Shown one piece after another: positions 1 through 11,490 of a DNA stretch of 64,000 nucleotides. The stretch spans positions 310,001-374,000 of the forward strand of contig CM074811.1 of the NCBI GenBank assembly GCA_037447605.1. Reading direction: 5' to 3'. The translations under genes were made by a program, and so were the position numbers. The notes under the pieces were generated by a model. That model was given only the letters and a program-made list of their open reading frames with translations. It had not been told where the DNA came from and made no database searches. Source of the stretch: Zygnema circumcarinatum SAG 698-1b (taxonomy: Eukaryota > Plantae > Zygnematophyceae). Position 1 is the stretch's first letter, and every line of letters starts with the position of its first letter.

Positions 1-73
1 AGGCCAAGTGGGAGGCTCTGTACGACAGCGAAAAGGGGTCTCCATGCTCCGAAACGGATTTCTGTGACCAGGA

Positions 74-638
74 ATGGGAAAATATGACATGGAGATACTG
101 GCTGGAGCTGCCCAAGCGGAGCAGCAAGAGGGGGGTCAGCTGGTCGGTGGATTCGGAGGTGGATCCGGATAAGGTGGAATTGGATAACGCGCGGAGGAGA
201 AAGAGCACTTCTGCCTGCGGTGAGAAAACTTCTTCGTTCCTTTTCACTGTTAATTTGTGAGAGTTTTTAGTGTGAGATTATTCTTTAATTTATTGGATTG
301 AGTAGTATACGAAGGAGGAAGAGAGAGAGGAGGCAGAGGGAGAGAGAAGAGGGGTGATCAAGTTATCTAATGGTATATTTCTCTCTCATTTTGTGTTTAC
401 AGAAGAATATCGTGAGCTCTGCTCCTTGGAACGGATCGAGTCTGCGCGGGAGAGGGTGCAGCACGCGGCCCACAAGCTGGTAGACGCGCAGCTGCGACTG
501 CAAGAGATTCAGCTCCTGCACACGGAGCAGGAAAAGGAAGAAATAGAAGCGCCGAGCAAAGCAGGGTCAGGGTCGCGCTCTGGAGTCGTGCACTGGCTGG
601 CGGCGCGCCTCAAGGGGAGCCGCAGCGACAAAGATTGA
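74..638 (+). CDS. Unknown protein with a C-terminal coiled-coil-like segment; two exons visible (74-219, 403-638), 5' end uncertain and possibly outside the window
   Basis: A GT-AG intron 220-402 (G|gtgaga ... tttacag|AA) joins MGKYDMEILAGAAQAEQQEGVSWSVDSEVDPDKVELDNARRRKSTSAC in frame to EEYRELCSLERIESARERVQHAAHKLVDAQLRLQEIQ...SDKD*. No family recognised. Confidence 0.5.
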
Positions 639-1722
639 AGGGGATACTTGTTTGCGCGGATTGCTTCACTCTTGCATTTGCAAGGACTAGAAGGACAGTG
701 AAGACTTAGATAGGAAACAATTGCATGAATTATGTACATAGAGCGGCTGGTTACGCCTTTGACAGGGATTGAAGCGTGTAAGCGAAGGAAGAAAGTGTGA
801 GAGAGTCGACAGTTACACATAAGATCGAGTGCTGGCAGTGAGGGGGGGCGGTGACCTCCCTATGTGACTTTCTCTGTCGTCTTGTTGAAGATGAACACGA
901 GTGGGGGACTTCGTATCGGCATGTCAGCACCAGAGAGAGGATCGCACCCAACTGGGTTTTTGGTCCCAAACTGGTCTTTAGACTGTCTACGAATTCTTGT
1001 TTGCCACAGACTTCGCTTACTAATATGGGAAGGCCAGAGCTCAGCTGAAAGCTGAGATTCTGGATTAACCATTCCACTTTTTAGAAGATAACGGTTTTAC
1101 CCTCTTCTTTCTTCTTGTGACAGGCGGAATTTTTTGCCATCGGAAACAGTTTTTTTCTCTTCTTATTTTGCGTCTGCGGTTTTCTACCTTCACGAATCGT
1201 GTTGTCATCACTTGAACCATATTTCTATTCAATGTGGACCCCTTTGATCATTGAACTTTTCAGATGAAGATACGTGTTTGTTCCCAATGTTGTTACGGGT
1301 TGTTTGTTTGTCTGTTGTGTTTGTGGTTAATTTATTTATGCTCAATTTTAATGTTATATGTTAGAAAGACACATTATGAAACATGTATATGTTTTGTGTG
1401 CATGCATCATGGCCCATGTCATGGCAACCAAAGGAACTGAACTTGACAATCTACTTATGTTATCACGGCAATGGACCATGTTCTAGCGTTGGCGGAATGT
1501 ATAGAGAAACTCTCGTTTCCCTTCAGGCCTCCTACCCGAGGCGCTCGCGCTCCCCAGAATCGTCATACCGATGGAAGGTGAATTCGCAAAAGTGACACTA
1601 CATTCCACGAAAACCTACATAACAATCCACACATCACACACCACAAAACACAAACACACACCAGTTCCAGCTAGGAAACAAACAAACAACAACAAAAAAA
1701 CGCTGATAACGCTGCAACGCAA

Positions 1723-1723
<1 letters not shown>

Positions 1724-1756
<33 letters not shown>
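1724..1756 (+). repeat. (CTG)11 microsatellite
   Basis: Perfect ctg run in the region downstream of the F-box gene stop codon. Confidence 0.9.
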
Positions 1757-1757
<1 letters not shown>

Positions 1758-1936
1758 AACGCTGCATACGACATACCGCATCGAACCACATACAGACATC
1801 ATGCGTCATGATCATGATGTGTACATCACACATCACACCCTACACGTGGTGATGCAAAAGCAGGCAGCCAACAAAAGTGGTAGCCCTGCTCCTCTGTTTG
1901 TATGGGAATTTGTATGATAATCTCAACGGCCTCAGC

Positions 1937-4900
1937 TTAGCTGTGCACTTGGAAGCAGGTGAGGCGCGGGAAGAGCTTCAGCAAATCCTCTCGCGACTTC
2001 CTCTGCACCCATCGGAGCCCCTTTCCAATATTTACATAACCAGGTACAACAAGGCGAGTATCCACAACCCCGTGATTCCCTCTCCCTCCCTCCCTTCCTC
2101 CCTTCTTCTCTGCACACCATAAGGATTATGACGAAGAGAATGCCTCTGTGAAGCTTTAGCTCTCGAGACTCCTCGATAACACTTCATTACTCTCATGCTC
2201 ACGTTGCCGTTTCCTTTCATATACCATACAGTCATGTCGTCCATCTTCTCGCTTCAACGATGCATGTCTGTACCCAGCTCACCATAATTCGGGAACAACC
2301 GTTCACATCAAGTGTCCTGAGTGACGAGCTGCAATGCTTGGCCAGCTCAGATAGCCCTTGATCAGTCACTCCCAAAATTCCATACAAGCTGTGCTCCAAG
2401 TAGCGCTCCCCCACACGCCCCCAAAACAAAATACAGTGGTAAGTAGTGCAACACGCACTACTGCGATAAACTTCACCACCGACTGAGCGAGCGAGCGACC
2501 GTCTGTTTTCATGATGATAATGAAGAAAAACACCTTCGGCTATATTTAAGCTTTCAAGAGTTAAATAATCCCTAACAGAGATAAAGGAAGCAGAAAACGA
2601 AAAGAAAAAAACAAGCTGTGATTCCATGATTAAGTAAAATTGCAACCGAAGATCCCATAATGTCTGACCTAATTTCCTCCAATGCTTGGCAGTTCTGGGC
2701 GATGGCTGCAACACCAACGTCGGTCACCATCACACACCTGAAATAGAACGAGAGGGTAAACCCTAGATGCATACACAAGCAACAGCAATGCAGAGAAAGT
2801 CATCGCAAATTCCAGTTCGGATGAGGTGGGGTGGGTTTGTCAGCCACATGGCTCATTCTTTCTTCTCTTTCTCACCATGTCAAGTTGAGGGACTTCAAGA
2901 GATGGCATGCAGCAATTGCTTGCAATCCCTTATCTGTCAAATGCTGCAGCTCCTCCAATTAAGGCGAAAAAAAAAGGAGTCAGAGTAAAGAGGAAGTTGA
3001 ACTATCACAAACTCCCCCTGCAGCAGATGAAACGTATAGTACTCCACACAATCTGAACGATAAATAACATGCATGCTAAATTATGGCTCGCTTACTGTTT
3101 GAAGCCTGGAAAAGTGGAATACCTGAGCAGCTGGAAACCATCTAGGTCTATGTTTCAGACTGTTCTAACATGTGAAGGGCAAAGGGAGAGGTATGAAGAG
3201 GAGATTTAATGACCTGCATTCCGCATAGGTCGAGTACTCTCAGTTGCTGCAGATTCCTCATTTGGAGAAAGGCATCATCTGTGAAACTAGAGAAAACAAT
3301 TCATAGAAAACACCGATATTTAGCCCCCAATCAATCTAATGAACGTATAAGCATTCTCACTTGAAAAGGAAGCCCAAAGGGCAGAAGCAAAAAAAAAAAA
3401 AAAAAAAAAAGAAAAATAAGGGAGTCTACGATTGAGACTAAATATGCTGCAATGGTGATGGTCAATACTGGGCTGGGCTCCACCAATGGAGGAGTGCCAC
3501 CTGGACACGGCATACAACCGGAGCTCCTGGAGGGCTGTGCTCGAATCGAGGAGAGCAATAAGGCCGGCATCGCTCAGCTGGGGGCACCTGCCAGCCGAAA
3601 AAATAGAAAATCCCCTAAAAAATGACTAAATGTTTTCCATAAACCAATGAGCACACTAGTCATAACTACTTTGACAGCAACAAAATGCAGCGGATAGAGC
3701 AGGCAAATCGTCGCATACCGAGTCAAATTTAGAGTTTGAAGGGGAGGCGCTTTCTTGGCAAGATCGTGAAGGGCGGCGTCAGTTATCTTCTGCTCTACCA
3801 ACCCATTTCCTAAAGTATGGCTGAAAAAATGGGGGAGATGTACAGTTCATAACTCGCTCTTGTTCTAAGAAAATCTGTTGATTCATGTCTGTTAATATAT
3901 TGCACGCATATGAAGCCCTTTGACTGCAACTGAAGAGTATCCATGTTATGAACCTTAAGGATTTTACCGCGTAGTATTCAAGTTGTTTGTGCTTTGTCAG
4001 GATTATACCTTGCAACCACTGAGGTTGAGATTTGTCAAATTTTGACAGTTTGAAGTCAAGATCTTAACGGCCTCATCCGTCACCCTGCCAGACCCTTAGA
4101 ATTTGGTTACTTATGTCCTTCAACTCCCTTTCCCTTATTCTGAACAATGGCCCAGCCCTCAACAGCTTTAAATAATTTAAAAGTGCACACCTTGATGGCC
4201 TATGCCAAGATAGCACACTGCTTTTTCCCGCCGTAACTTAATAGCCACTATTTTCAACAAAATCTGTCATGTCAAACTTTGGATTCTGAAGGACTTTGAA
4301 ATGCAAAAAAACGAGTGAACATAAGTGTCACCAATCATCTATAGCACACCAGGATATTCGGCCTCCACAATCTATACAATGAGTCACAAATTACTCACTT
4401 TAGATTCCAATATATCGAGAAACTTTTCAGGTTAGGGCAAACGGAAGCAACAGCAGCAACCCCCAAATCCGTGACCTGTTGGCAGGCGTTCAGATTCAGT
4501 GTCTCCAAACTCTGTTCATGCCACCCAAACGAGCTCATAAATATCTTCCAAAGGCTTTAACAAAATAAGGCTACGGCCGGAAGATCAACCAGAAAGAAAA
4601 TGATTGGATTATAACAAAGCAAAAAGAGGTTGAAGGACATTATCTTGACTGTGCTACAAGCGCTTTCTCTCACCTTTCTTCCAAGACTTTTGAACACGTG
4701 GAGGTGGTGATCTTCTAGTCCCTGAGCAAACTCCAATGTAACCTCCTTCACTTCCTTAAATCGTTCCTGCTTCACCCTCAAGCCTTTGTTACTAGACGGC
4801 GATGCATAATTGCCCGGACTTTAAACTAAAGCTTTGCACAGCAGTCAAGAACGTTTCCCACTTTTTTGGGCAACGACGTAGGGAAACATAGGCCTGTTCA

Positions 4901-5364
4901 AAGGTCTCACTTGCTGCAAGGCAGTTTCAAGATACTTTCCAGCGTTCGGCCTTCCGTTTAGATCAAGCACCTGAAACAAACAAAGCGGAAGGCTTAATTT
5001 TCTCTTTAGCTCTAAGCCATTTCTGCATGCCAGTGCCAAATAGTAACGCGCCAGTACCACGACAAAAGCACGACTTCATCCATCTACTGAAGCATAACCA
5101 TTTGTTGCCTACAAGGAGTGTAATTTGGTCGCAAGACAGGCGAAACCAGTCTAGGTCCAACAAATTGACCCTTAGGAACTTGCAACCGACCTTCCAGAGG
5201 GAGCAATTGCTGCCAAGACGGCGCCATTCTCGGCTCACACAGCACGCGCTGCAGCGATCTCTTTGGCTCAAAAGTGAGAACACACGCAGCATGACGCCCG
5301 GCGTTGCAAAAGGTGAGTCTGTGCTCTGAGCGCGCTCAGACTCTGGCGTTCCTCTTTTTTCCAT
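1937..5364 (-). CDS. F-box/LRR (RNI-like) protein, resembling Arabidopsis At3g58530; multi-exon
   Basis: Exon 1 (5364-5191) encodes an F-box: TPGVMLRVFSLLSQRDRCSACCVSREWRRL..LWK. Later exons encode cysteine-containing LRRs: VTDEAVKILTSNCQNLTNLNLSGCK, ITDAALHDLAKKAPPLQTLNLTR, CVMVTDVGVAAIAQNCQALEEI, SLYGILGVTDQGLSELAKHCSSSLRTLDVNGC. The C-terminus RKSREDLLKLFPRLTCFQVHS* matches my recollection of that family. Splice sites checked are GT-AG. An alternative in-frame ATG lies at 5394. Confidence 0.9.
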
Positions 5365-6278
5365 TGCACCCTGCCATATCACCTCTTCTGTCATTAGGTA
5401 CTCATCTTCCAGGCACTGCTTTAGAATCCAAACCAAACCAAGACAAATAAAACGAGCTTTGTAGAATCTAAATCTGACATTTAGTCTGACGTAGACAATT
5501 GTCAGTAGGGAGAGAGAGACTGGAGAGAGAGAGAGAGGAAGAGAGAGGGAGGGAGAGATAGAGGGAGGGAGAGAAAGAGCGGGGGGTGAGGGAGAGAGGA
5601 GGAGAGGGGAGGGAAGGGGGGTGAGAGAGGGAAAGGGAGAGGGAGGGAGAGAGAGAGTGAGGAAGGGAGCGAGAGGGAGGGGTTGAGAGAGAGACGGAGA
5701 GAGAGGGAGAAATAGGGGGTTTTCTCTCCGAATGCTCGCACGGTTTTCAAGAGCGGTTCATTCATTTGATGAAGCAGGCAGTAGCCGTCATTATCTAAAT
5801 GTTACAATTTGCGACCACTCTACCTCTAGCAGCTGCAGCAAAAAGAAAAGTTTATAGGCAGGCGATCGCCGTGCACCACAACTCCCAGCCAGTTCTGTTT
5901 TCTTTACAACACTTAACATTTTTTTTTTTTTTAAATAAAAAGGAGAGGAGCTTAGCAATCAATATCCATTCGAATAGAAGCATTTATTGATCTTCAAATC
6001 AGCTGCACTGCAAACTGAAGAATTTGCTCAGTTCATATCATCCACAGTGCTGCGGAAAAAGTACTGTTTTCTACAGCAAACTAAGATTCAACTTCTCCTT
6101 AGAGTAATTTTGCACATTGTTACTACCATTTATCAATAGAAATTGAAGTAGAAACCATAAGATTAATACAACGCATCTTACCATGAGTTTCAATTTCCTT
6201 TTCTCAGCTCTCAGCTGCAAGAGAACACCCAGTGGCACTTGGGTTCTGAAATTCATACACCACCTCCAAATTTCTTAT

Positions 6279-6333
6279 CCAATGGTGATTCGCCACGTGT
6301 ACACTATAGTGTACGTGGCGAGTCGTAATTGGT
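6279..6333. promoter_or_regulatory. Palindromic CCAAT / G-box / G-box / ATTGG module between divergent genes
   Basis: tccaatgg-tgattcgccacgt-gtacactatagtgtac-gtggcgagtc-gtaattggt: a perfect 16-bp palindromic core flanked by inverted GCCACGT elements and CCAAT boxes. Confidence 0.55.
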
Positions 6334-7132
6334 GAGGCTCGGTCAAAATGGCACAAAGAAAATGGGCCACTTCAAGTAATTTGTTTGCATGATGTTCCAT
6401 GCGGCAGTTCTTTCCGAATTACTCTTAACGTTTTACTGAACTGGCATGCCACAGAGAGCACTCTTCCCCGTTCACTGTGACGGTTCCATGTATGCTACAG
6501 TTGAGCCTTGGAAGTTCAAGACCGAGTTCTATGCGATTGTGTCTTGTCAACATAAAATCTGTTCAAACTGGTTTCCGAACTGTCTGCACAGAACGGCCGT
6601 CTCTGAAGGGGTCCAGACTGTACCGTAATTCCGCATCTTCCTTCAGAGGTTAAAGCCTCTGCCTGAAAGCATTGCCGTCTTAGCGGACGGGTAGGGGGGG
6701 GAGTGGATAAGGACCGGCCCCTCTCTCCTGAGGGCGGAGAGGGGAGAGGGAGAGGGCGAGGGGGGAGGGAGAGGGAGAGGGGGGAGGGAGAGGGAGAAGG
6801 GGAGAGGGAGAGGGGGAAGGGAGAGGGGAGAGGGAGAAGAGGAGAGGGGAGGGAGGGAGAGGAGAGGCGAAAGAAGAGGAGTGGAGACGGGGAGAAGGGA
6901 GAGGGGGAGTGGGGAGGGGCTTTGGAAGGTGGTCCTTTGCGAGAATGCTGCCTTTCAGAGCTTGACAGAGAGTAAGATCGAGCATAGGGGAGAAAGGGGA
7001 AGCAAAGAAATGAGTTAGAGGAAAGGACGGAACTTAGCGGGACCGGAGCGGGAGGAAGGGAGAAGAAAAGGAAACCCTAAAGCTTGAAAAGAGGAGGAGG
7101 AAGGGACGAGTGTGGAGGCGGCACTAGTGAGC

Positions 7133-9116
7133 ATGGAGACACTTGCAGGCTCTCGTTTAAGCTGTCCAAGCCATGGCTGCCATGAAAACACTCAGATTGA
7201 CGTAGTGGCTCCAAGAGGTTCCTTTTACGGCGCTGCCTTGGTAGCATATAGATATGGAGGGAAGTCCTTTTTGCAAGAGGGACGAAAAAACAGGCGACGT
7301 TTTGTGTCAGTCAGGAGCATAAGGGCCATTTCTAATCACTATTCAACGCTGGGAATTTCGAGTCGAGCCAGCAAGCAGGAGATTAAGCAGGCCTATCGAA
7401 TGCTTGCACGGAAGGTACACAGCACGCCCTTAGTATATACGTATTGCTGATGATAAACTTGAATGCGGCTTCAAAACGATAAAAAAATCCAACTTCAATC
7501 CTTTCTATTATGCAGTAGTACCTGCATTGCCTCTGGTGATAACATATAGCCATTTCTTTTGCCCAATTTATCACAGCATCATCCGGATGTTAGCAAGATG
7601 GCGGGTGCGGTGGAGCGCTTTCGGGCCATCAAGGAGGCATATGAGGTGACTCTTGGGTTAATCATTCTATCTCTATTTTGGCAACAATACTTAATTGAAC
7701 TAATTTGGATGGCTGTGCTTAGAAAATTCATTACATTCGAGCCTGCCTTTTCTCCTTGAAAAGCGACCTTTTCCGTCACTTAAAATGACCTATCCCCTAA
7801 TTGTTACGATTACTGTTCCGGCAATCTAATGTACATGCATCATGCATCGATTTGCATTTCAACTTCTTTGGATGCTCTTTCTCAGATTACTTCCTTGATA
7901 GGACAAATTGTTACATTCTTATTTTGCTTTGGAGTGTCTGAAGCGCATTAAGCTGCAATCCACTATACATTGAGAAAACAAGGGTAAAGTTGAGACGAAG
8001 GCGGCCAACCCTTTATTGTTTGTAGTATCTAGACTTTGCCTCTCCTTATGAGGCTTTCGACAGGTTTGGTAGTTCACCGTACACAATATGAGAATCAGAG
8101 AAGACTGTGATAAAGACCACTCAGGCATAGAATATATTGGTTTTCTGCGTCCTGTCAAGCTTGTAGTCACATTGTTCGATGCTGATATTGAGTGAGAAAA
8201 GTGGAGGTCGTAGAGAGAGTGATTCTGCCTGAGTTTAACGCTCTTGAGGAATTGAGGAAGCTTTATCTTAGGAGGCTTGAGTTCCTTAGAGCGCCTGGGG
8301 AGGAAGGCTGTGCAGGCTCTTGCAGATGATCAACTGCGGCGACTGTACGATCAAGAATTGCAGAAGCACATGGCAGGGAGCAATCGAAGAGCCTTCCAGG
8401 GAAGGCCTTCACAAGGGGAGAGGGAGGTCCCCCCCTTTTGGGGCTCTTCGAAGAGTCGGCCGAGAACTGAGAACACACAGAGCAGCAGCAGCGGCAGTGG
8501 AAAGACTCAACCTAAACCATCAGAAGAAGAAAGAAGACGACAGGAGTTGATAGGCTTGTTGGCATTCTGGCGGAGCTCACGGAACAAAGGCAGGTGGCAA
8601 CCCTCAGGGTACCCTCACGGAAGCTTCTCGGAAGAGGCTGAATTCGAGTTTTATGAGAGTGCGGATGACCAGACATGGACAGCTTCAAGCCACACGCAGA
8701 GGAGAGGAAGGGCGAGTCGGAAGGAAGGAAGAGGTGAAGGACATAGAGGACTCTTCATAGACTTAAGGTTGGCGATGTTTGTGATGTGGATGTCGATAGC
8801 ATTGTGGTCTGTTTATGGGCCCACTGCCACAGCAGGCTGCTTGGCAGGAGCATTGGTTCTATGTCCGGAAGCTGCTTTGGGGTACAAGGTGGCTGGCCTG
8901 GCTGCTTGGGGCATTGGGGGTTCATTAGGGTTAGGGACAGTGCTTCTATTGCATGTACTTGCAATGGTGGGAGTGGAAGCAAAGCATGAATTTGTCGGTC
9001 TAGCAATGACGATAATGTGGATAGTAATGAGGCAGCCGGAGAAGGCGGTGTTCTACACTGTCGTAAGCATAGGGGTGATGATAAGGTGCGTGAGTGTTCT
9101 CCTAGAAAGGTGGTAG
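7133..9116 (+). CDS. DnaJ (J-domain) protein with probable N-terminal targeting peptide and C-terminal transmembrane helices; exons 7133-7414, 7577-7645, 8316-9116
   Basis: Spliced J-domain NHYSTLGISSRASKQEIKQAYRMLARK|HHPDVSKMAGAVERFRAIKEAYE|ALADDQLRRLYD with an intact HPD motif. Both introns are phase 0, GT-AG. The C-terminal ~125 aa are hydrophobic. Confidence 0.88.
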
Positions 9117-9621
9117 AGGTGAGTAAGTAAAAGTGAAGGAATTGGTTTTTGAGATGCAGGTCATCAGGGTGTATAGGATTTAGGGTTGCATATGGTCACA
9201 TCAGTTATTGAGGTGCGGTTTCTTGTAGAGATGGACAGGTTTGAGGCAGTTGAAGGCCTTCAGGGCTCACCTTTTCCTTTTCATTTTCTTCCCAGGTCGA
9301 CGACTAGTTCTGTAGCATGTTTCGTTCCGCCTTTTTCCTGTTCCGATCCATTTATTTTGACCATTTCTCAAACAGGTTTTAGCGTAGATGGAGAGCAAGC
9401 TGGCTGTTAGAGTGTAGGAACGAGATCAGGATTTCCTTGGCGAGCTTATGTAGAGCAGGGGTTATATAGAGAGGTTAAATGTCAGAAAAAACGGTGTATA
9501 GACTAATAAACACTTCCGTCCGGTGCATACCACTCCGGATTCGCTGCGTTTTCGGAGTGCTTCTTAAGCCTCACCCAGTCTCCCACCCCAAAGCCAGACA
9601 AACATTTTGCATCACTGGGGG

Positions 9622-9648
9622 GTTTAGGGTTTTTAGGGTTTTTAGGAA
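9622..9648 (+). repeat. Short telomere-like array (TTTAGGG / TTTTTAGGG)
   Basis: ggggtttagggtttttagggtttttagg. Confidence 0.7.
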
Positions 9649-10160
9649 CGCGCCACAAGCTGGAGCCGCCAATAGCACGCAGCTGCAAGAAGAGGTTTGG
9701 TCGTTCTTCCCAAGTGTGGGTCTCACTCATCTAGCCATTCGAAACTATTGATACATTGAGTCCATTGAACTGTAGTTGAGATGCAACAATGGAAAGCAGA
9801 GACCGAAACGACGCCTTCACGTCAGTACTTAGATCTTCACGGAAGATCTTCATGAACGTTTGCAATCTGCAAGGATCACCAAACTGCACTGGAATTGAGT
9901 GAGCACTGCAGCTAACGGAGGGAGCAGACTCACATTCAAGGTGCCATGTCAATGGAAGCAACTTTTCCGTGATTTTTTTTTTTTTTTCATTGGCTCTTGC
10001 GTGAATTGGGACACCGACCGGTCCTCGGCCGTTAGCAAGTGTGGAATGTACGGACGCACGGACACGCCCAAAGTATTCATCGTCGTCCGTACATAGCTCT
10101 TAGCTATTTTTTTGTTCAATTTCACGGGGCTAATGAACTGGAGAAGACTCTAGAATAATA

Positions 10161-10340
10161 GAAAACAAACATACATAAGAAAATGCTATTTTCACATCTT
10201 TTTTGTCTGGATACACACCGTTTTTCGCCGGTCAGAGTTACTTTTAGGGCTTTTCTGGTATTGGGGTTTTTTTGTTTGAAAAGGTGTGTATCTAAACGAA
10301 AAATATGTGAAAATAGTAATTTCCTATATATTTTTTTCTG
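10161..10340. repeat. Imperfect inverted repeat (foldback); MITE-like or pre-miRNA-like
   Basis: 10179-10219 matches the reverse complement of 10283-10323 at 35/41 positions without gaps, with weaker pairing on either side. Confidence 0.7.
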
Positions 10341-10439
10341 AACGACCGTGGTCGTACGGACGGATTCTACTGTAGTCAAAAGTGCGGCCAGATCGATGCA
10401 GGTGTTAAAAAACACGTAAGATAACCAATAAGATTGTGA

Positions 10440-11490
10440 CACGTGGACTTAATGCCAATAGGGACTCGCCACGTGGAGTTCCTCGTTGACAGATTTTGAC
10501 TTTCAGCCTCAGCCGCCGTCCTCAACAGCGAACCAGTTCAAAATTTTCGGCTTGCAGAAGACGACAAAAAAATTCCGCCCATTTATGTTTTTTTTAACTG
10601 CCGCCGAATTTTTTGAGATTCGCGGACCCCAGATTCCGGGGATTCCAAAATTTCGCAGATTTTGGGGTCCGGTTCCATTTGGACGGAATTTAAAAACCTT
10701 TTTAACGCCTTCCGTACGTCAGCAGTCACGCGCAATTGAAAGCCGGCCTCAAAAGTGAACTCAACAAAAATGGGATGAATCTATTTATGTTTGATAAAGA
10801 AAAAAATATGATGTCTCCCTCGTAGCGACTATTGGAGAATTTTGGATCTAAAAAACAGTTTCCGTCATACTAACATTTTCCCACGTGGCGTGTTCCTGAT
10901 GGTGGGGTACATTTGGTTCAAGGCCTCCCCGACAATACGAAGCTTATTTCGCACGTGTAGAAAATTTCCTATTTTTCCTAGAAACCTGAACCGGGCCGGT
11001 TTGCAACTTTGGAATAAAAACTGCAAAACGAACCAAGACATGAAAGCTGACCCTAAAAATCCGGCCCTTGACAAGACCCCAAAATGACTTTCAGTGGCAC
11101 GTCATCCAATGGTTAAGCGCCACGTGTAACAAATGCCATGTGGCATTTTCCCAATGGTTAATATCTTTACTTTTGACCGTTCCGGAAGACCGCGACGACC
11201 GCCCATCGGCCCAAAATGTCGGCGCAAGTGCGAAGTGCCCCCCTAGTGCCTTATCCGCCACGTCATCCGTACTACCGGCCAAAACCTGCCGGCCTGGACG
11301 GCCGTCAATTCGCCGCCGGCCATTCCGTCCTGTCTTGCCGCCCGCCCACGGCCGGCGGCCGTCGTTCTCGCGCAAAACGACAAAATCCCGAACCCTCGGA
11401 CAGGCGCGCCACGACAAATATTTCGTTTTCCGAAATCGACGGTCCAGATTCGGAACACGTGCAAATCTGGCGCTGTATAATCGCCACGTG
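10440..11490. promoter_or_regulatory. G-box-rich upstream region of the CID gene
   Basis: CACGTG at 10440, 10470, 10882, 10952, 11121, 11456 and 11485; CACGTC at 11098 and 11259; several adjacent CCAAT boxes. Confidence 0.6.

Noticed and set aside
640-1600. Short ORFs (60-108 aa) between gene 1 and the F-box gene
   Set aside because: No motifs, and overlapping on both strands; best explained as convergent 3' UTRs.
8277-8315. Track ORF start upstream of DnaJ exon 3
   Set aside because: Non-ATG start lying in intron 2; the exon begins after the tgcag acceptor at 8316.
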